Shown: piece after piece, positions 50,897-64,000 of the stretch
How the letters are laid out: the number at the start of each line of letters is the position of its first letter
Position numbering within the stretch: position 1 is the stretch's first letter
NCBI GenBank assembly: GCA_013265495.1
Contig: MU057711.1
Coordinates: 310,001 to 374,000 of the forward strand
Direction: 5' to 3'
DNA length: 64,000 nt
Origin: Vicugna vicugna
Taxonomy: Eukaryota
Position numbers and translations under genes: made by a program
Notes under the pieces: generated by a model
Told to the model about the DNA's origin: nothing
The model's input: only the letters and a program-made list of their open reading frames with translations
Database searches by the model: none

Positions 50897-51207
50897 TCGT
50901 TTTACACGCTAGGAATCGTGCTATGCAGTCCCAATCCATATTCCTGTGGAAGGGGTTGGGACTGGCTCAGCCTGGAGGCTGGAGGATGACTCGAGAGGCT
51001 TCTGCTACACTAAGTAAACTTATTCAACTGAGCATGCAGTTGAAGCCTCCCACACAGAGGGCGAGAACCAGTGCTCTGGATCTAGAATGACCCCAGTCCA
51101 TCCCAGAGGCAGGAGGGTAGACAGGAAGTGCTCTGGACTCCTTCACTCATGAGGCATCATTGCCCGTTAAAGGAGGAGAGTCTGTCCAATTGCAGACTCA
51201 GCTATTT

Positions 51208-51231
51208 CATCATCATCATCATCATCATCAT
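51208..51231. repeat. (CAT)8 microsatellite
   Basis: Directly visible trinucleotide run. Confidence 0.95.
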
Positions 51232-53644
51232 CCCTGAAGGTGACGCTAGGGCAATAGTGACTGGCTTCGTCAATTTCTTCCCTTTCCAAAACACAAGGCA
51301 AAGCATGAAAATTACATAAAGACATCAACTCCTGACAGCCCATTACAGGTAAACTTTTGTGTTTTGAATGTGACTGTTTGGGTAGGTGGCATTAAGTAAA
51401 TAACCTACAGAAATGAGCTCTGGGAGCAAAGTCAGGGAAACACAGCCAAGGGTACACAAGACAGAGATGCTCCCGCTGAATTTCAAAAGGTGAGGAAACA
51501 AGAGGAAATGTGAAAATGGGAAAAGAGAAGAGGAAAATGTTAATAAGCTAGGTTGTTGAAGAATCTGAAAAGTGTTCATAAGAGTGAGCATTTACTTCCC
51601 TTTAATGAGATCGGGGATTATCTGTAAAAACATTTAGCTCTGATTGTTTTAAAGAGAAGAGATAAAATGTTTAATGTGTGGCACCCTGGAGTGTGCCTTT
51701 TTTCCTTATTTTAAATGATAATCCTAATGAAACACCTATAATGCATAAGAGATCAAGTCATATAGCTTCCCATCAGAGATAGTGCAATTGCGAACAATGG
51801 CACAGATGTTGTGTATTCAAATGACGAGGTGAGAGCAGATTTGAGGATAAGAGGAACAGAAGTGCCTGATATAAGACCGCATATGAATACTCCCACCCAG
51901 TCCTAGGACCCACCCGTCTGACTTGGCCAAGACGTTTCATATACTTAGGGCCAATTGTTGAGTTTACTTTCTAATGAAAAATATTCCTTAGGGCTCTTCC
52001 TTGAGATCGGGGTGGGGGTGGGGAAGTGATTGTACTAATAATTACCATGAGGCATTGGGTCCAGACCAGTGGTCCTAGAATGTTGTCTCAAAAGGCTGAG
52101 AGAATGCACATCAGTATGTAGGGAGGAATACTGAAGTAACTCACCCGCTTTGTCCTGGGGTAAGGTCTTCCGTGAAGCTTGTCAGGGGTTGTAAGGCTTG
52201 TCTATTTATCTTTCTCTGGCTATATTAAATCTATATGTACTTGTCATTCTCTCTGAAAGACTAACAGCGGTACTTTCTCTTAAATAATCACAGGTTAGGT
52301 GTGATTCCTCCAGTGGATTCACATGGAGACAGGCAGGGAAACCTCCCTGGTTCGTTTCCCCATCCTCCCTTCCCTTCCCCTCCCCTCCTTTACTTGGAAT
52401 CAGGCCCTTGGAATTACACATTAAAAAAAATCTAATTGGTACTGGAAAAAGAATTCGTTCTTACTGAAGCATGGCTTCTTTCTACAAGGAAGGCCATTTG
52501 GAAAACCAGATCATGCTTGGTGAGGTCTCTGAAATGAGAGCAGGAAAAAGACTACGGCTTGGCTGGCTCCCTTCTCCTAGCCAGCAGGGGTGGAGACTTA
52601 GCTCTAGTTCCCTGGTAAACACTCCCTCTCTGGTGGGCCAAGCTGCCTTCTCAGTTGTGCTGATTGCATGAAACTAACATTTGTATCAAATACTCTCTGG
52701 CTGCTCCAGGCAGGTAAATTTCAGCAACCTCCAATTTCAGCCTCCGCACTTGGTGATTTCTAAGTCTCTCATGGCAGAGAAGAGTCTCTGCCTTTCCCAG
52801 ATATGAAAGAGGTCTTTCTACCCTTTTGCAGAAGCCAAGGGATAGAAGGACACTTTGAATCATTCTCTCACTCCATTAATGTCTTCTTAAATTGTCCATA
52901 ACCTTCAAGATTCCTGTGACTTCTGAAGTAATGAATACTTTAAAAAATGGGTCTAAAAATACTTCTTTACATGCAAAAATTGGAGTATATCACCCACATG
53001 CTCCAGCTAAGAATATACTAAGGAAATGACTGACCACAAAAAAAGAATAGAGAGCTGGGGAAAAACCAGAAAAATGAGGTGAACAACAGAATATCTGTAA
53101 ATGGGTATAGATAGACTGCCGTTGTGAAATAAGAGAGAACAATAGCAAAAATTCTTCAAACAGAAGGGATATTGTAGGTAGAACTCTAATAAATGCTCAG
53201 CATATTTATGAGCTGGAAGGTGAAGGTGCAGGAGAAATTATAAATGGTGGTGACTATGAAACAGACTATGAAGAAGGTGTGTGGTGATAAGTAAAAGTGC
53301 ATTAAAGATCCCACTTTGCTGTGGTCATGTAGAAACCACATGTCATGGGCCCCCTAAAATGGCCCTGTTAAAACTAAAGTGAGATTGAAGGGTAAAAGCA
53401 CTAAGCAGGGTAAATAGGGAATATTATGTAACGGTGCATCAAACACGTGTGTACCAAACTAAGAGCAAGTAAATTGATGAGTAAAGTAAGGGAGAATTGA
53501 TAAAAATTGAAAGTGGACTCCTCAATCACCTATCTCAGAGTTCTAAAAATGATTTAAAAAATTTTTAATTTATTAAAATCCTATGTGTGTATGTATTTAT
53601 TTATATTGAAGTATAGTCAGTTTACAGTGTTGCGGCACAGAATC

Positions 53645-54115
53645 ATATGACGATACAGACTGGGGAGAAACACCACCGAGGTAAAATGCCATTGCCCTTA
53701 CATCATATCAAGGAGGCAAACTGTGAGGTGACTTATCACGCATATGTTAACCTTGATCACCTGGATGAAGCAGTGTTTGTCATGTGTCTCCGCTGTAAGG
53801 TTACTTTTCCCCTCCTCTTTCCATATTCTGAGGAAAGAAGTCACTAGGCTTAGCCCACACATAGTAAGTGGTAGCTCTGCTCCATGACCTTGAAAGTAGA
53901 GTTGCTACATAAATTATTGGGAATTCTGCATGGGAGATTTGTCCATTCTCTTCCAGTTACTTATGTAATCAGTCATTTATTTAAATCAATATGGACTCAT
54001 AAAAATTTAGCTTCTATTTTAGGCTAAGACTCCACACTATTTTATTTATTTTGTTGCCCAGATTGTTCCAGCTTTGGCCATTAGGTGCCCTTTCAGTTCG
54101 CTTTAGTTCCCCTTT
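53645..54115 (-). mobile_element. Old L1 (L1MC-like) 3' UTR fragment
   Basis: Reverse-complement similarity to 11950-11990 and 13140-13260, for example GTTAACCTTGATCACCTGG versus CCAGATGATCAAGGTTAAC. Confidence 0.7.
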
Positions 54116-54129
54116 AAGAAAGGATTTTT

Positions 54130-56860
54130 TTTTTTTAAAGAAATAATATAGTGGAATTGGTCACACTCAAACTTGACTTGATAGCTGTATATAAAACTTT
54201 CCCATCCTTCAGACACAAAACAGGGTTTTTCTATGTTTATGTACATGTTTTAAAAATTGGACTTGGTCATGAAGAAAACCTTAAAAATTAATCCAATAAA
54301 ATTGAAAGTAAATAATGAAAGGGTTTTAAAAAGTCTTAATTACTTGGAAATTAAGAAATGCATTTTTAGAAAACCCTTGAATTTGAGGAGAAATCGAAAA
54401 GAAATCACTAACAAAATAGAATGACCCAGCACAACAAAACTCTCCAAAATCTAGAGCTTTAAATGTCTTAATTTTTAAAGAAGAAAGACAGAACTTTTAA
54501 GGATCGAAATACTCATCATATGAAGTTAGAAAAAGTAACCAAAGTTTTGTTTTTTTTTTAAATCTGTCAGTGAGCAGCATTTCTCAGTTTTACCCCACCA
54601 AAAGGTGAGTTCTTGGCAGCTCCATCAGGTGGGATCACAGGATGCCTCTGTGATCAGGGTCCGTGCAGCTTGGGTATCAGCTGGGCACACCGGACGGTTG
54701 GGAAGGCTGGGCCTGTCCAGTGTCTTGGAGCAGCTGTGACAGGCACTCTGCCAGCTGGCTTTGACAGCTTCAATGTCACTCAGCAGATTCTGGGCCAGGC
54801 ACAACCCCCAAATCTGTAGGAATGTAATGCCTATGAAAATACCAGTCACGATGGTTAAGTTGTCCTGCAACCGCTCCTCAAACTGGGGCACACTGCCTTT
54901 CGTGTAGATTGCAATCTGCTGATCGACTTCTGGTTTTTGCCTGGCGTCATGGCCACACTGAGCGTAGGTGACAACTTCTGTGGGATTGTTAGTACAGCAG
55001 GAGGATGGCACGCCACATCGCTCTCAAATTGCAGTGGCATGTTTAGGTTCCAAACATCAGCTCCAAAAGCCGCACAGCACTGCCAATATTCCTGGGTGTA
55101 GTCTATGAGGTTTTGCTAATCAATCAATGTCATCCTTATATGCTCTGATGTTGTTGTAAGAGAATTGTAATAGAGAGAAAGTTCAAAATGATGAAACAGA
55201 AAAAGAGAAAAGATAAATAAATCCAGAAATTGATTCCTTTGGAAAAAAACCAACAAAGCAGAAACATTTGGAAGCCTAATTAAGATGACAGAGAACAAAA
55301 ATAAGCAAGGTTTGGAACAAGCGAGGGGCTATAACCACTTAAAAATTGCAGAAAAATACTGCATGCAACTCGATAACATCCAGATCTAAAGGAAATAGAT
55401 GATTCCTAGCAAAATAGACATCACCAAATTTTACTCAGAAGTTGTAAAATGGACAAACTAATGACCATAGGAAAAACTAGAAGTTTATTCAAGTTCTACC
55501 GTTGGTAAGGACACTATTGTCAAGATGAGTTTAACCTTTAGAAAAGAAATAATTCCAATATATTTAGATATTTCAGGCCATGGACAATGCAAAACTCCCA
55601 GATTATTTTCATGAAACCAGCATAATTTTAAGACTTAATGGTGATAATTCTCATATAACATATCCTACCAACCAATGGTGCTCATGAATATAGAACCATT
55701 GCTGAACTCTATTTGCTAATTTTTAAAGCATTTTTGTATCAAAAATAATAATTTGACTAAATATGATTTATTCCAAGAATGCAAGGTCAATATTCTGTCA
55801 ATGTAATCCACTATAATAACACAAGAGTTAGCCATATTATAGCAAGAGATACAGAAAAGATATTTGATAAAATTCAGTAGCTATTTAAATTGTGAATAAA
55901 ATAGCAATAAAACGAAACTACTTGAATTGTGACTATAAATCATGATTCAATATTATCACAGCAAAAGTGAACTTAAACAGCAAATAATCTGATTCCATTT
56001 GCTCTGACAGTAGGTAGGGATATCCAATATGGCTAGTATTTAGTACTGCGTCTCTAAAATCTACAACAATATAAAGCATAAAATAAAACTGGCAGAAACA
56101 TTGGGGGAAAAGAACAACAATGCTTTGTGCTAATGGCATCTATAAATGGAAAATCAAAAGGTTATGTTTTTGTGGGTTTTAAAATTTGCTTTTTAAGAAG
56201 TTATCAGAATTTGGTAAGGTGGCTGGATATAAATAATATAATAATGAATCACATTACTCTAGAAATCAGTAGATAGAAATGTTGGTTATAAATGGCATTG
56301 TTATATGACTTTGGTTATAAATGACAAGTTATATGGCGTTTAGAATAAATTTAAAAGAAAGGCACAAGACCTATTTGAAGATAATTAGAAAATCTCACTG
56401 ATAACAGAAAGATCTCCCTTTAAAACTTGCTCTGGAATAAAATAATTTATGGTTAGTGTCAGTTCACCCCAAAAGAATATATAAACCTCATGCAATTCAA
56501 ATTAGTAATACAAATATTTTTTAAAAATCTGGATGAATAACCCTAGATATATATTAAAGAATAAATGCCTAGGAATAACCTAGAAAACCATGAAGAATTA
56601 TAATGATGGAGAATTTGCTTTTTAAGATTATGCCACCATCACTGTATTTAAACCAGTGTGATAGTTGCGTGGGAAGAGACAGATCAAGGATGTAGAAAAG
56701 AGATTTCAAAATAAGTGCCAATGCTTGAGAATTTAACATATGACAAAAATGGTTACTTCTATGGGAAAAAATGGGTTATCTAATACATGTGCTAGAACAA
56801 TTAGCCAGACAGCTAAACTGACTTTCATCTGACACCGCATCCAAAGATAAGTCTCTTTTG
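54130..56860 (+). mobile_element. Highly degraded old L1 ORF2 that hosts the TSPAN5 retrocopy
   Basis: A-rich sequence with L1 ORF2 remnants (TTTATTCCAAGAATGCAAGG, ATTTGATAAAATTCA, GTAAGGTGGCTGGATATAAA). Confidence 0.65.
54545..55157 (-). pseudogene. TSPAN5: 5'-truncated processed pseudogene of tetraspanin-5
   Basis: The minus strand reads NNIRAYKDDID..QNLIDYTQEYWQCCAAFGADVWNLN..ERCGVPSSCC..QCGHDARQKPEVDQQIAIYTKGSVPQFEERLQDNLTIVTGIFIGITFLQIWGLCLAQNLLSDIEAVKASW, matching the TSPAN5 C-terminal half. It is intronless, has a frameshift, in-frame stops and a deletion, and ends in an A-rich tail at 54545-54559. Confidence 0.92.
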
Positions 56861-57299
56861 GACTTTCCCAGGAGTCCAGCTATGATGAACTAAGGCCACA
56901 CTGTGTAACCTGCCTGCCCCGGTCTTCCCATTGCAAAAAACAGTGATAAAACCTGGACCCAATACAAAAAGTAATTACCTGAAGGTATGGGCGAGTGAAG
57001 TGAAGCAGACAGATTCTAGTGGGAGGTTCACACTTGGAGGAGGGGGACAAGAAGCCCGACAAGTTCCTCTTTGTGGCTTCACATGGCAGTGCCCACAGCA
57101 GCTGTAAGGGAGCCAGAAAACTGAAGCTGAAATACTGTGAACACTGGAGAGTGTTGGAGGGGAGGGTGGTGTGCACCCACATTCTGACTCTCAAACTATG
57201 CATATGCAGAAGACTCAAAGCCGCTCAGCTAAAGACAAAAGGTCTGACCTGAGACTAGAAACACTGCTCAAAGACAGAGTTTGAAGTTTAAGCCAGGCA

Positions 57300-58700
57300 A
57301 AAACATTTTCTGCTAAAAACACTCATACAAGAAAAATAACAGAATCCAGAATTTTCACAATTTGATATTCATAATGTCCAGGATATAATCCCAAATTGTG
57401 TAACACACAAAGAACTAAGAAAATGGAACATATTCTCAAGAGGAAAAAGTTAATCAAGTGTGACCTCCTTTAAGATGAATCAGCTATTGCAACTAATAGA
57501 CAAGGTTATTTAAATAACTATTACAACTATCTTCAATGAAGTAAAATAAAACATATTTTCAATTAATGAAAATTTCAGCATGGAAAAGGAAATCTCTGCA
57601 GAAGAAATAGAAACAGTAAAAAGGAAGCAAACTGAAATTCTAGAAATAAAAATACAATGTCTGAAATTAAAAATTCATTGGATGGACTTAAAATCTAAAT
57701 GGATATGAAAGAAGAAAATGTAAGTGCATATGAAGATAGAGTGATAAATATTATCCAAGGTGAGAAACAGAAAGAGGATTGAAAAAAAGAAAAACAGGTC
57801 TGATTTTTTGTTGTTTAAAATATCTTTCATGTCCCTACTTATCATGCTCAATCTTCCTCTAACTTGAACATCCGGAGTGCAGTTATAATGACTGTTTGAA
57901 TATCCATGTCTCCTAACTCCCTCATCGGTGTCATTTCTGGGTCAGTTTGACTGACTGAATTTTTTCCTGTTTATGGGCTGCATTTTTTTCTATTTCTTTT
58001 CATGCTTCTTAACTTTTGAATGTATTCTAGGCTTTGTGAAATTTTCCTTGTGTACATTATCATTTAAGCTATGCTTATTTAAATATACTTGAGCTTCATT
58101 TTGGGATGTAGTTAAATTACTTGGAAACAATTTGATCCTTCTGGTCTTGCTTTGTTAGCAGGGAACAAAGCAATATTTAGTCTAGGGTAAAATTTTTTTC
58201 CACCACTGAGGCAAACTCTTTTTGGTATTTCACTAATTCCTATAATTATGAGGATTTTTTTCACTCCAGATGGTGTGAACAGGCACTATGCTGGCCCTTG
58301 GTGTTCCGCGAAGACTATCCTTTCTAACCCTTTTGATAGTTTTCTCAGACACGTGTGTTGAAGAGTACTGGGACTCGTAGATCTCTGGAGTTCTCTTTCC
58401 TCATAGCTCACTCTCTCCTCTTCAGCACTCTGCTCTTCTGATTCTAGTTGCCTTCTCCCCACCCTGGATCCCAGCTCTGCTCTTCAGCTTAGGAAGACCA
58501 CTTGGGTTGCCCTGCCCTTGGCTGCCGACTAGGAACTCTCTCTAGGCCATTGTTAGGGTGAGTTTAGGGCTCAGCTCCTTCATTTCTCATCTCTCAGAGA
58601 CCACTGTCCTTCTTTAGTTGATGTTCAATGTCTTGAGAAACTTTCTTTAATATATTTTGTCCACTATGTTAGTTTCAGGAAAGAAGGCAACTCTGTTAGG
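57300..58700. mobile_element. Old L1 5'/ORF1-region fragments in opposite orientations (+ to ~57795, - from ~57810)
   Basis: A-rich ORF1-like remnants switch abruptly to T-rich sequence of similar character. Confidence 0.5.
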
Positions 58701-58799
58701 GAACAGACGAGGGAAGAGTTACTCTGGGTCCCTCAGCAGCCATATCCCTTCAGTCTGGGCCCTGCATCTGGGATGCAACAGGGTCTGAGAAGATGAAAA

Positions 58800-60245
58800 G
58801 CAATCAGCTTTTTGATATAACAAGCAAATTGAAAAATTTATATAAAAAGGCAATGGACGTAGAATACCCAAAATTTTTTTGAAAAAAATCTATAGCAATC
58901 AAAATTAGTATAAGGATAGTCATAGAGACAAGAAATATATCCACACTTAAATGGTCAATCAAGTGCCAAGACAAATCAATGGAGAAAGGATGGTCATTTC
59001 AGAAATGGTGCTGGAGCAATTGTGTATTTGTATGCAAAAAAAAAAAATAGCTTATACCTTTAACTAACACTATAAAAGATTAATTAAAAGTGGATCAGAG
59101 ACCTAAATGTAAGAACTAAAACTCTAAAACTTCTGGAAGAAGACATAGAATAAAATCTTTGTGACCTTCGGTTAACCCTAAGATTTCTTAAACAGGATAT
59201 AGGCAGCGTAAATATAAATGCAAACAAATGATAAAATGGACTTCATTCAGATGAAAACCTTTGGATTTTAAGAAACATGGTTAAGAAAGTAAAAATGCAA
59301 GCTATAGATTGGGAGAATTTTTTTTTTGCAATATATACATCAGAAAAAGGACTTATCTAGAATATAAAGAACTCTTACTCTCAAGAGTAAGAAATCAAAC
59401 ATCCCAATAAAAACTGGGCAGAAAGTCTTTCTAAAACATAGACCAAATTTGTGAACAGATATTTTACTGGCAAAGGTATATGAAAGGCCAAAAAGTATAT
59501 GAAAAGATTCTCAACATCACTAGTCATCAGAGAAAAGCCAAATAAAAACCACAGTGACACGCGTACTAGAATGAGTGAACGGAAAAATCCTGACCATACC
59601 AAGTGCTGATAAGGATAACAGAGCAACTGTAAGTCTCATCCATTGCTGATCAACATGCAAAATGGTACAGTCACTTTGGAAAGGTCTGGTAGTATCTTTA
59701 ACTGTATGACATACACTTCCCATATGACCTAGAAGTTCTATTCCTAGATATTTACCAAAGAGAAAGAAAAACTGACACTCACAAAACCATATATGCAAAT
59801 GTTTACAGTGGGACAATCTCCAATAGAAGAAAACTGGTGAGTGGATAAACAAATTGTGGTTTATCTGTACTGTGGAATTCTACCCTGCAGTGAGATGTAA
59901 CAAAGGACAAATGCATGCAACATCATGGGTAAATCACAGTAACAGTATGCTAAGTTAAAGAAGTCAAGAACAAAATCCTGTAGTGAGTGATTCCATTTAC
60001 AAAACAGTTCTAGAAAAATGCAAAACTACAGTAACAGAAAGCAGATTAGCGGTTGCCTGCAACTGTGGGCAGGGGATAGAAGGGGACACAAAAAACCTTT
60101 TTATGATGATGGATCTGTTCTATACCTTGATTGCAATTACTTTATTATATATAATTACCACAATTCATCAAACTGCACATGTAAAACAAGTGTATTTTAT
60201 TTTCTGTAAATAATACCTTAACTTTTAAAAATCAAAAAAAAAAAG
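58800..60245 (+). mobile_element. Old L1 (L1MB/L1ME-like) ORF2 3' end and 3' UTR
   Basis: Motifs CAACATCACTAGTCATCAG, CCCATATGACCTAG and GTGAGTGGATAAACAAATTGTGG, with an A tail near 60235. Confidence 0.8.
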
Positions 60246-61219
60246 CAAAATAGGTTCCCCATGACTTACATGCTCAAATATAAAAAAACAAAAACAAACA
60301 ACAACAAAAATATACTCATGCAAAAAAAATCTTGCAACTGAGGGGTCAGGGAGAACTTCTTAATTAAAACCAGAAAATTAGAGGTTGTAAAAGAAATTAC
60401 AACAACTTTTGTGTGATTTTAGAAGCAATTAAATCAATGGACAAAATAGATCAGGGAAAAAAACAGTGTAATACAAATGACAGACAAAGGGTAATTTGTC
60501 CATATTATTCAAAGTACTTCTCCAAATTGATGAGAAAAATACAACACTGTTAAATAATTAACTAAAGAGAAGTCACAGAGGAGCAAATTTATACGGTTAG
60601 ATACATGAAGATATGCTAAAATTGACTGGCAGCCAGGAAAATAAATGTAAATTTAAAGAGCCATGAGTTTACATTCAAGAGCTACACACTTAATACTTGT
60701 GGGGATTTAAAGAAAATGATACTCATATTCCTGGCGAAAATGTGCAGTGTTAAAGCCTTGGCATAAGTACTTTAGCAGTACTTATTAAAAATAAAAACAC
60801 GTATATCGTTTAACCTTACCAGGCGTCTCCCAAGGCTACCAATAGAAAAATAAAAGCAGATGTATTAATGGACACGGACACTAAAGTGTTATTGTAGCCT
60901 TGATTCTAATGGCACAAAGTCGGATCAAAGAGGATGCTGGTCAAGAGGGGACTGATTAAAAAAATTCTACTACACTGAGCAATCAGTAAAATGAGTGAAC
61001 TAGAGCTATAGTAAGGGACTTTATTCACCACTTATTGAATGAGGAATGCATGATGCAGAAAAGGATGTATGATAGTTCACTTTGTTTTTTTGTAAAACAA
61101 AGACTAAAATCCCACTTTACATACTTTGGTTTTTTTCACTTACTATATTGTAATTAGCATTTTCCCATTTCATTAAAAATTTTTTGGTAATCATTAAAAA
61201 AAAACAAATAAAACAAAAC

Positions 61220-61704
61220 ACCCAGTGATTTCCTTTGATTTTGTAGATCAGGAATCAAGAAGGGCTTAGCTGGGTGGTTTGTCCTTGACCCACCTGCATA
61301 TATTCAGCTGGATCAGCTGGGAGGATGCACCTCGTCTTCATTTACATGTCTGGTGCCTTGGTGAGCACTGGCTTCTTCACCTCTCAGCATGGAACCTCAT
61401 CTTCCAGGCCTTCCTGGGCTTCCTCACACCACAATGGCCTCAGCTTTTGCCCTACTTGTTACATGGTGGCCAGTTTCCAAGAAGTGGGAAGTGGAAGTTG
61501 CCAGGCCATTTAAGGGCTATGCACAGAGCTATTATAACATTATGGCAGTCATAATCTACTGACCGAAGACATCTAAAGTCCTGCTCAGATTCCAGGGGTG
61601 GAGAAATAACGTTTCCTCGTGAAAGAGTGGCAAGGATACTTGCAGAAGAGCATACAGCGTGGGGATATTATAGTGGTCGTCTTTAAAAAATACAGTCTGC
61701 TACA
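61220..61704. mobile_element. MaLR (MLT1-like) LTR
   Basis: GGGCTTAGCTGGGTGGTT and GCTCAGATTCCAGGGG motifs, and an ..AAAATACAGTCTGCTACA end. Confidence 0.6.
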
Positions 61705-62999
61705 GTATTATATGATTCAATTTATGTAAATACTGGTGTTTCTTTATATTTAAAAATCCAGAAGAATATAGGGGTGAAGCAATGTTTCTTCGGAGCGTAG
61801 CAACTTTGAGTAGACACTGCTTTATACTTTAGATTTTTCAGTGTTTGATATTTTCTACAGTAAAAGAATTACTTTTACAATCGGCAAATTTTTTAAAACC
61901 CTAATTTTGGTATTAAAAAGAAATAGTTGTGTAAGGTTGTTTGCACAAAGAATTTGCAGTGCTCAAAGCATGCATTTAAGTGGATGACATGTTTTTTCTC
62001 TGTGGAAAATTTTAGGAGGAACCTCTACATTTAGTTTCCATATTTGCAGATGGAGTAGGAGTGATAGCTTCTTTGGCAAAACTGAATTTAAATAATGGAT
62101 TTAAATAATAGAAGGCATTATTCAGCACGAGCTTAATGCAGTCCCCACTCAGACGGAAGATTTAAGCAATGAGATGGAGCACATAAAAGCTTGACAGTTG
62201 CCTCATGCAAATTATTATATTAAAAACTTACACAAAAAAATTAAAAATGAAGCCGACCAAAACCTTCAAGGAAAAAGGGCTGAGGGGTTAAGTGGCCTTT
62301 TCAGCAGTCAAGAAAGTGATGTCATCCTTTCGTGGGTGTCTGTCTGGTTCCTCCATTTTCAGATTATTTTCAGGATTATCATTCCTGTAGCTGTGAGTTA
62401 TCAGAATAACAGCAAATGTGTATATTCGAAGATTTTTCATTGCCTTCACTCATCTTCCCAAACATACCCAGAAGTCATAATGCTGGAATTACAGTGACAC
62501 AATCATCCCCATGGAAACAGAGACTGGTGTCATAAACATGGCATTATGACTTCTCAGCGGGAGGAGGCAGATGGGATTTTGGCACTGAATCTGTAACATT
62601 TATTTAAAAACACCAATGTTTAAGAGAATAACATCAAAGCGAAAAAAGAAAAAAGAAAAAAGAAAGGGCATGGAGTGGCCCCTGTAATACTCATGGTGTG
62701 CTTTTTGTTTTTGTTGTTTTCCAAGGATTTTTTTCCCCTATGGCAGGACCTGATTTTGCTATTCCTTTTCTTTTTTTGTGTTGTGTTTGCACGACATGTT
62801 CTCGTCTTATACATCAGCTGTTCATCTTGTTAGGGGCTGCATGTTTAGGTGGAGAAAATGAGACCCCAAGAAAGGGTCTGACTTGCTCAAGTTACTTAGC
62901 AAGTTAGAAGTTCCGTTGAAGCCAGAGCCCTACTGACTTCCAATCCACACATCTTAGTTTCCCTTCAATGTCTCAGGTGTACTTTGAGAATGTAACTTA

Positions 63000-63421
63000 T
63001 GCATCAGTTAGGACATTGCTTTGGCTGGTCTAATGAGATTCCCCCCTCCAAAAACAGTTTTTAAATGAGAGAAGTTTTTGTCTCTCTCAAAGCAGTCTAG
63101 GGTGTCAGGGGCCCAGGCTGTTTCTATATTATTTTCCTTCTGTCTCTACTGTGTTACTCTCATCTTCTAGTACAGAACGTCACATATCGTTCCTGCGTTC
63201 CAGACAGAGTAAGGGGAGGGCATTCCCCTACCTTTTAAGAGCACAATCTGAGAACTGCGCTGTCACTTTTATTTACATCCTATTGGCAAGAACCTATCCC
63301 TATGGCCATATCTAGCTTCAAGGGAAGCTGGATAGCCATATGATCAGCTAAAAGTGGGTGAACTATTATTATGGGCGAACTGGAGAATAGACACTAGCAA
63401 CAGCTTGGGGTCTCTGCCATA
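63000..63421. mobile_element. MaLR (MLT1-like) LTR
   Basis: TGCATCAGTTAGG start, CATCCTATTGGCAAGAAC..ATGGCCATATCTAGCTTCAAGGGA motif, and a TCTCTGCCATA end. Confidence 0.6.
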
Positions 63422-64000
63422 ACTTGCATCCCTTTTAAGAGAGTATTGCTTTCAGGGGACTGTCAACTAATTTCTTTTCAGCTAATGCAATGGCTAGAGA
63501 CAGATTACAGTATTTATTTCCCCCGAATATTTAAAATTATAATTACTATATTCATTATAGAGATCATTGAATTGACAGAAAGACTGGACATCAGACTGAG
63601 ATCAAGACAAATTAATTGACCATTAGAGTATGTACCAAGATTGTAACAGAGACCTTCCAGTTCAGTGGCTGTAAGAAGAAATACATTTTTTTCTTTCTTC
63701 ACCTAACAGTCCAAGATGTGTTGTCCACTGTTGGTGAAGCTTTGTTCTATGCAAATATCAGGGATCCAGACTCATGATAGCACTTCTGTTTTAAACATAT
63801 GGCTTCTAAGGTCCCTCTGCTCACTGCCATTCCAGTCATCAGGGAGAGAGAAAGAACAGTTCAGGGTTGGAGCTTTTTTTTCTTAATACGTAGAGCAGGA
63901 ATTGTTCTGCTCATTCTGTTTCTGAGAGCTTAGTCACTTGGTACCATGGGAGCTGGGAAAGATGGCTGCTAGCTGGGTTGCTTACATCCTATAGTCAACT

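Noticed and set aside
50227..51090. Duplicated ORFs (MCITKDPVG.., MIIRLSGEP..) as a paralogous small-gene pair
   Set aside because: They arise from the 446-bp duplication of non-coding, partly repeat-derived DNA, and resemble no protein I know.
1..64000. Prokaryote-type systems (CRISPR arrays, operons, IS elements)
   Set aside because: The sequence is eutherian nuclear DNA. I saw no repeat-spacer array or operon-like organisation.

Overview
Mammalian (eutherian) genomic DNA. tRNA-derived SINEs resembling the Vic-1 family suggest a camelid. Bases 1-~22.3 kb hold the 3' end of PHKB (phosphorylase kinase regulatory subunit beta) on the + strand: five coding exons with GT-AG boundaries that join in frame and end in the CaaX motif CLVS, then a 3' UTR with AATAAA. 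The remaining ~42 kb is intergenic and repeat-rich, with L1, L2, MIR, ERV1-type and MaLR solo LTRs, and Tigger/MER DNA transposon fossils. It also contains a 5'-truncated, disabled TSPAN5 retrocopy. Almost all ORFs in the supplied track are spurious or repeat-derived. I found no convincing new biological system. The most notable features are a perfect 446-bp tandem duplication, a 27-bp perfect inverted repeat just downstream of a PHKB splice donor, a CpG-retaining palindrome dense in transcription-factor motifs, a candidate alternative last-exon acceptor that would remove the PHKB farnesylation motif, and the TSPAN5 retrocopy. Repeat subfamily names and the boundaries of old repeats were assigned by eye and are approximate.
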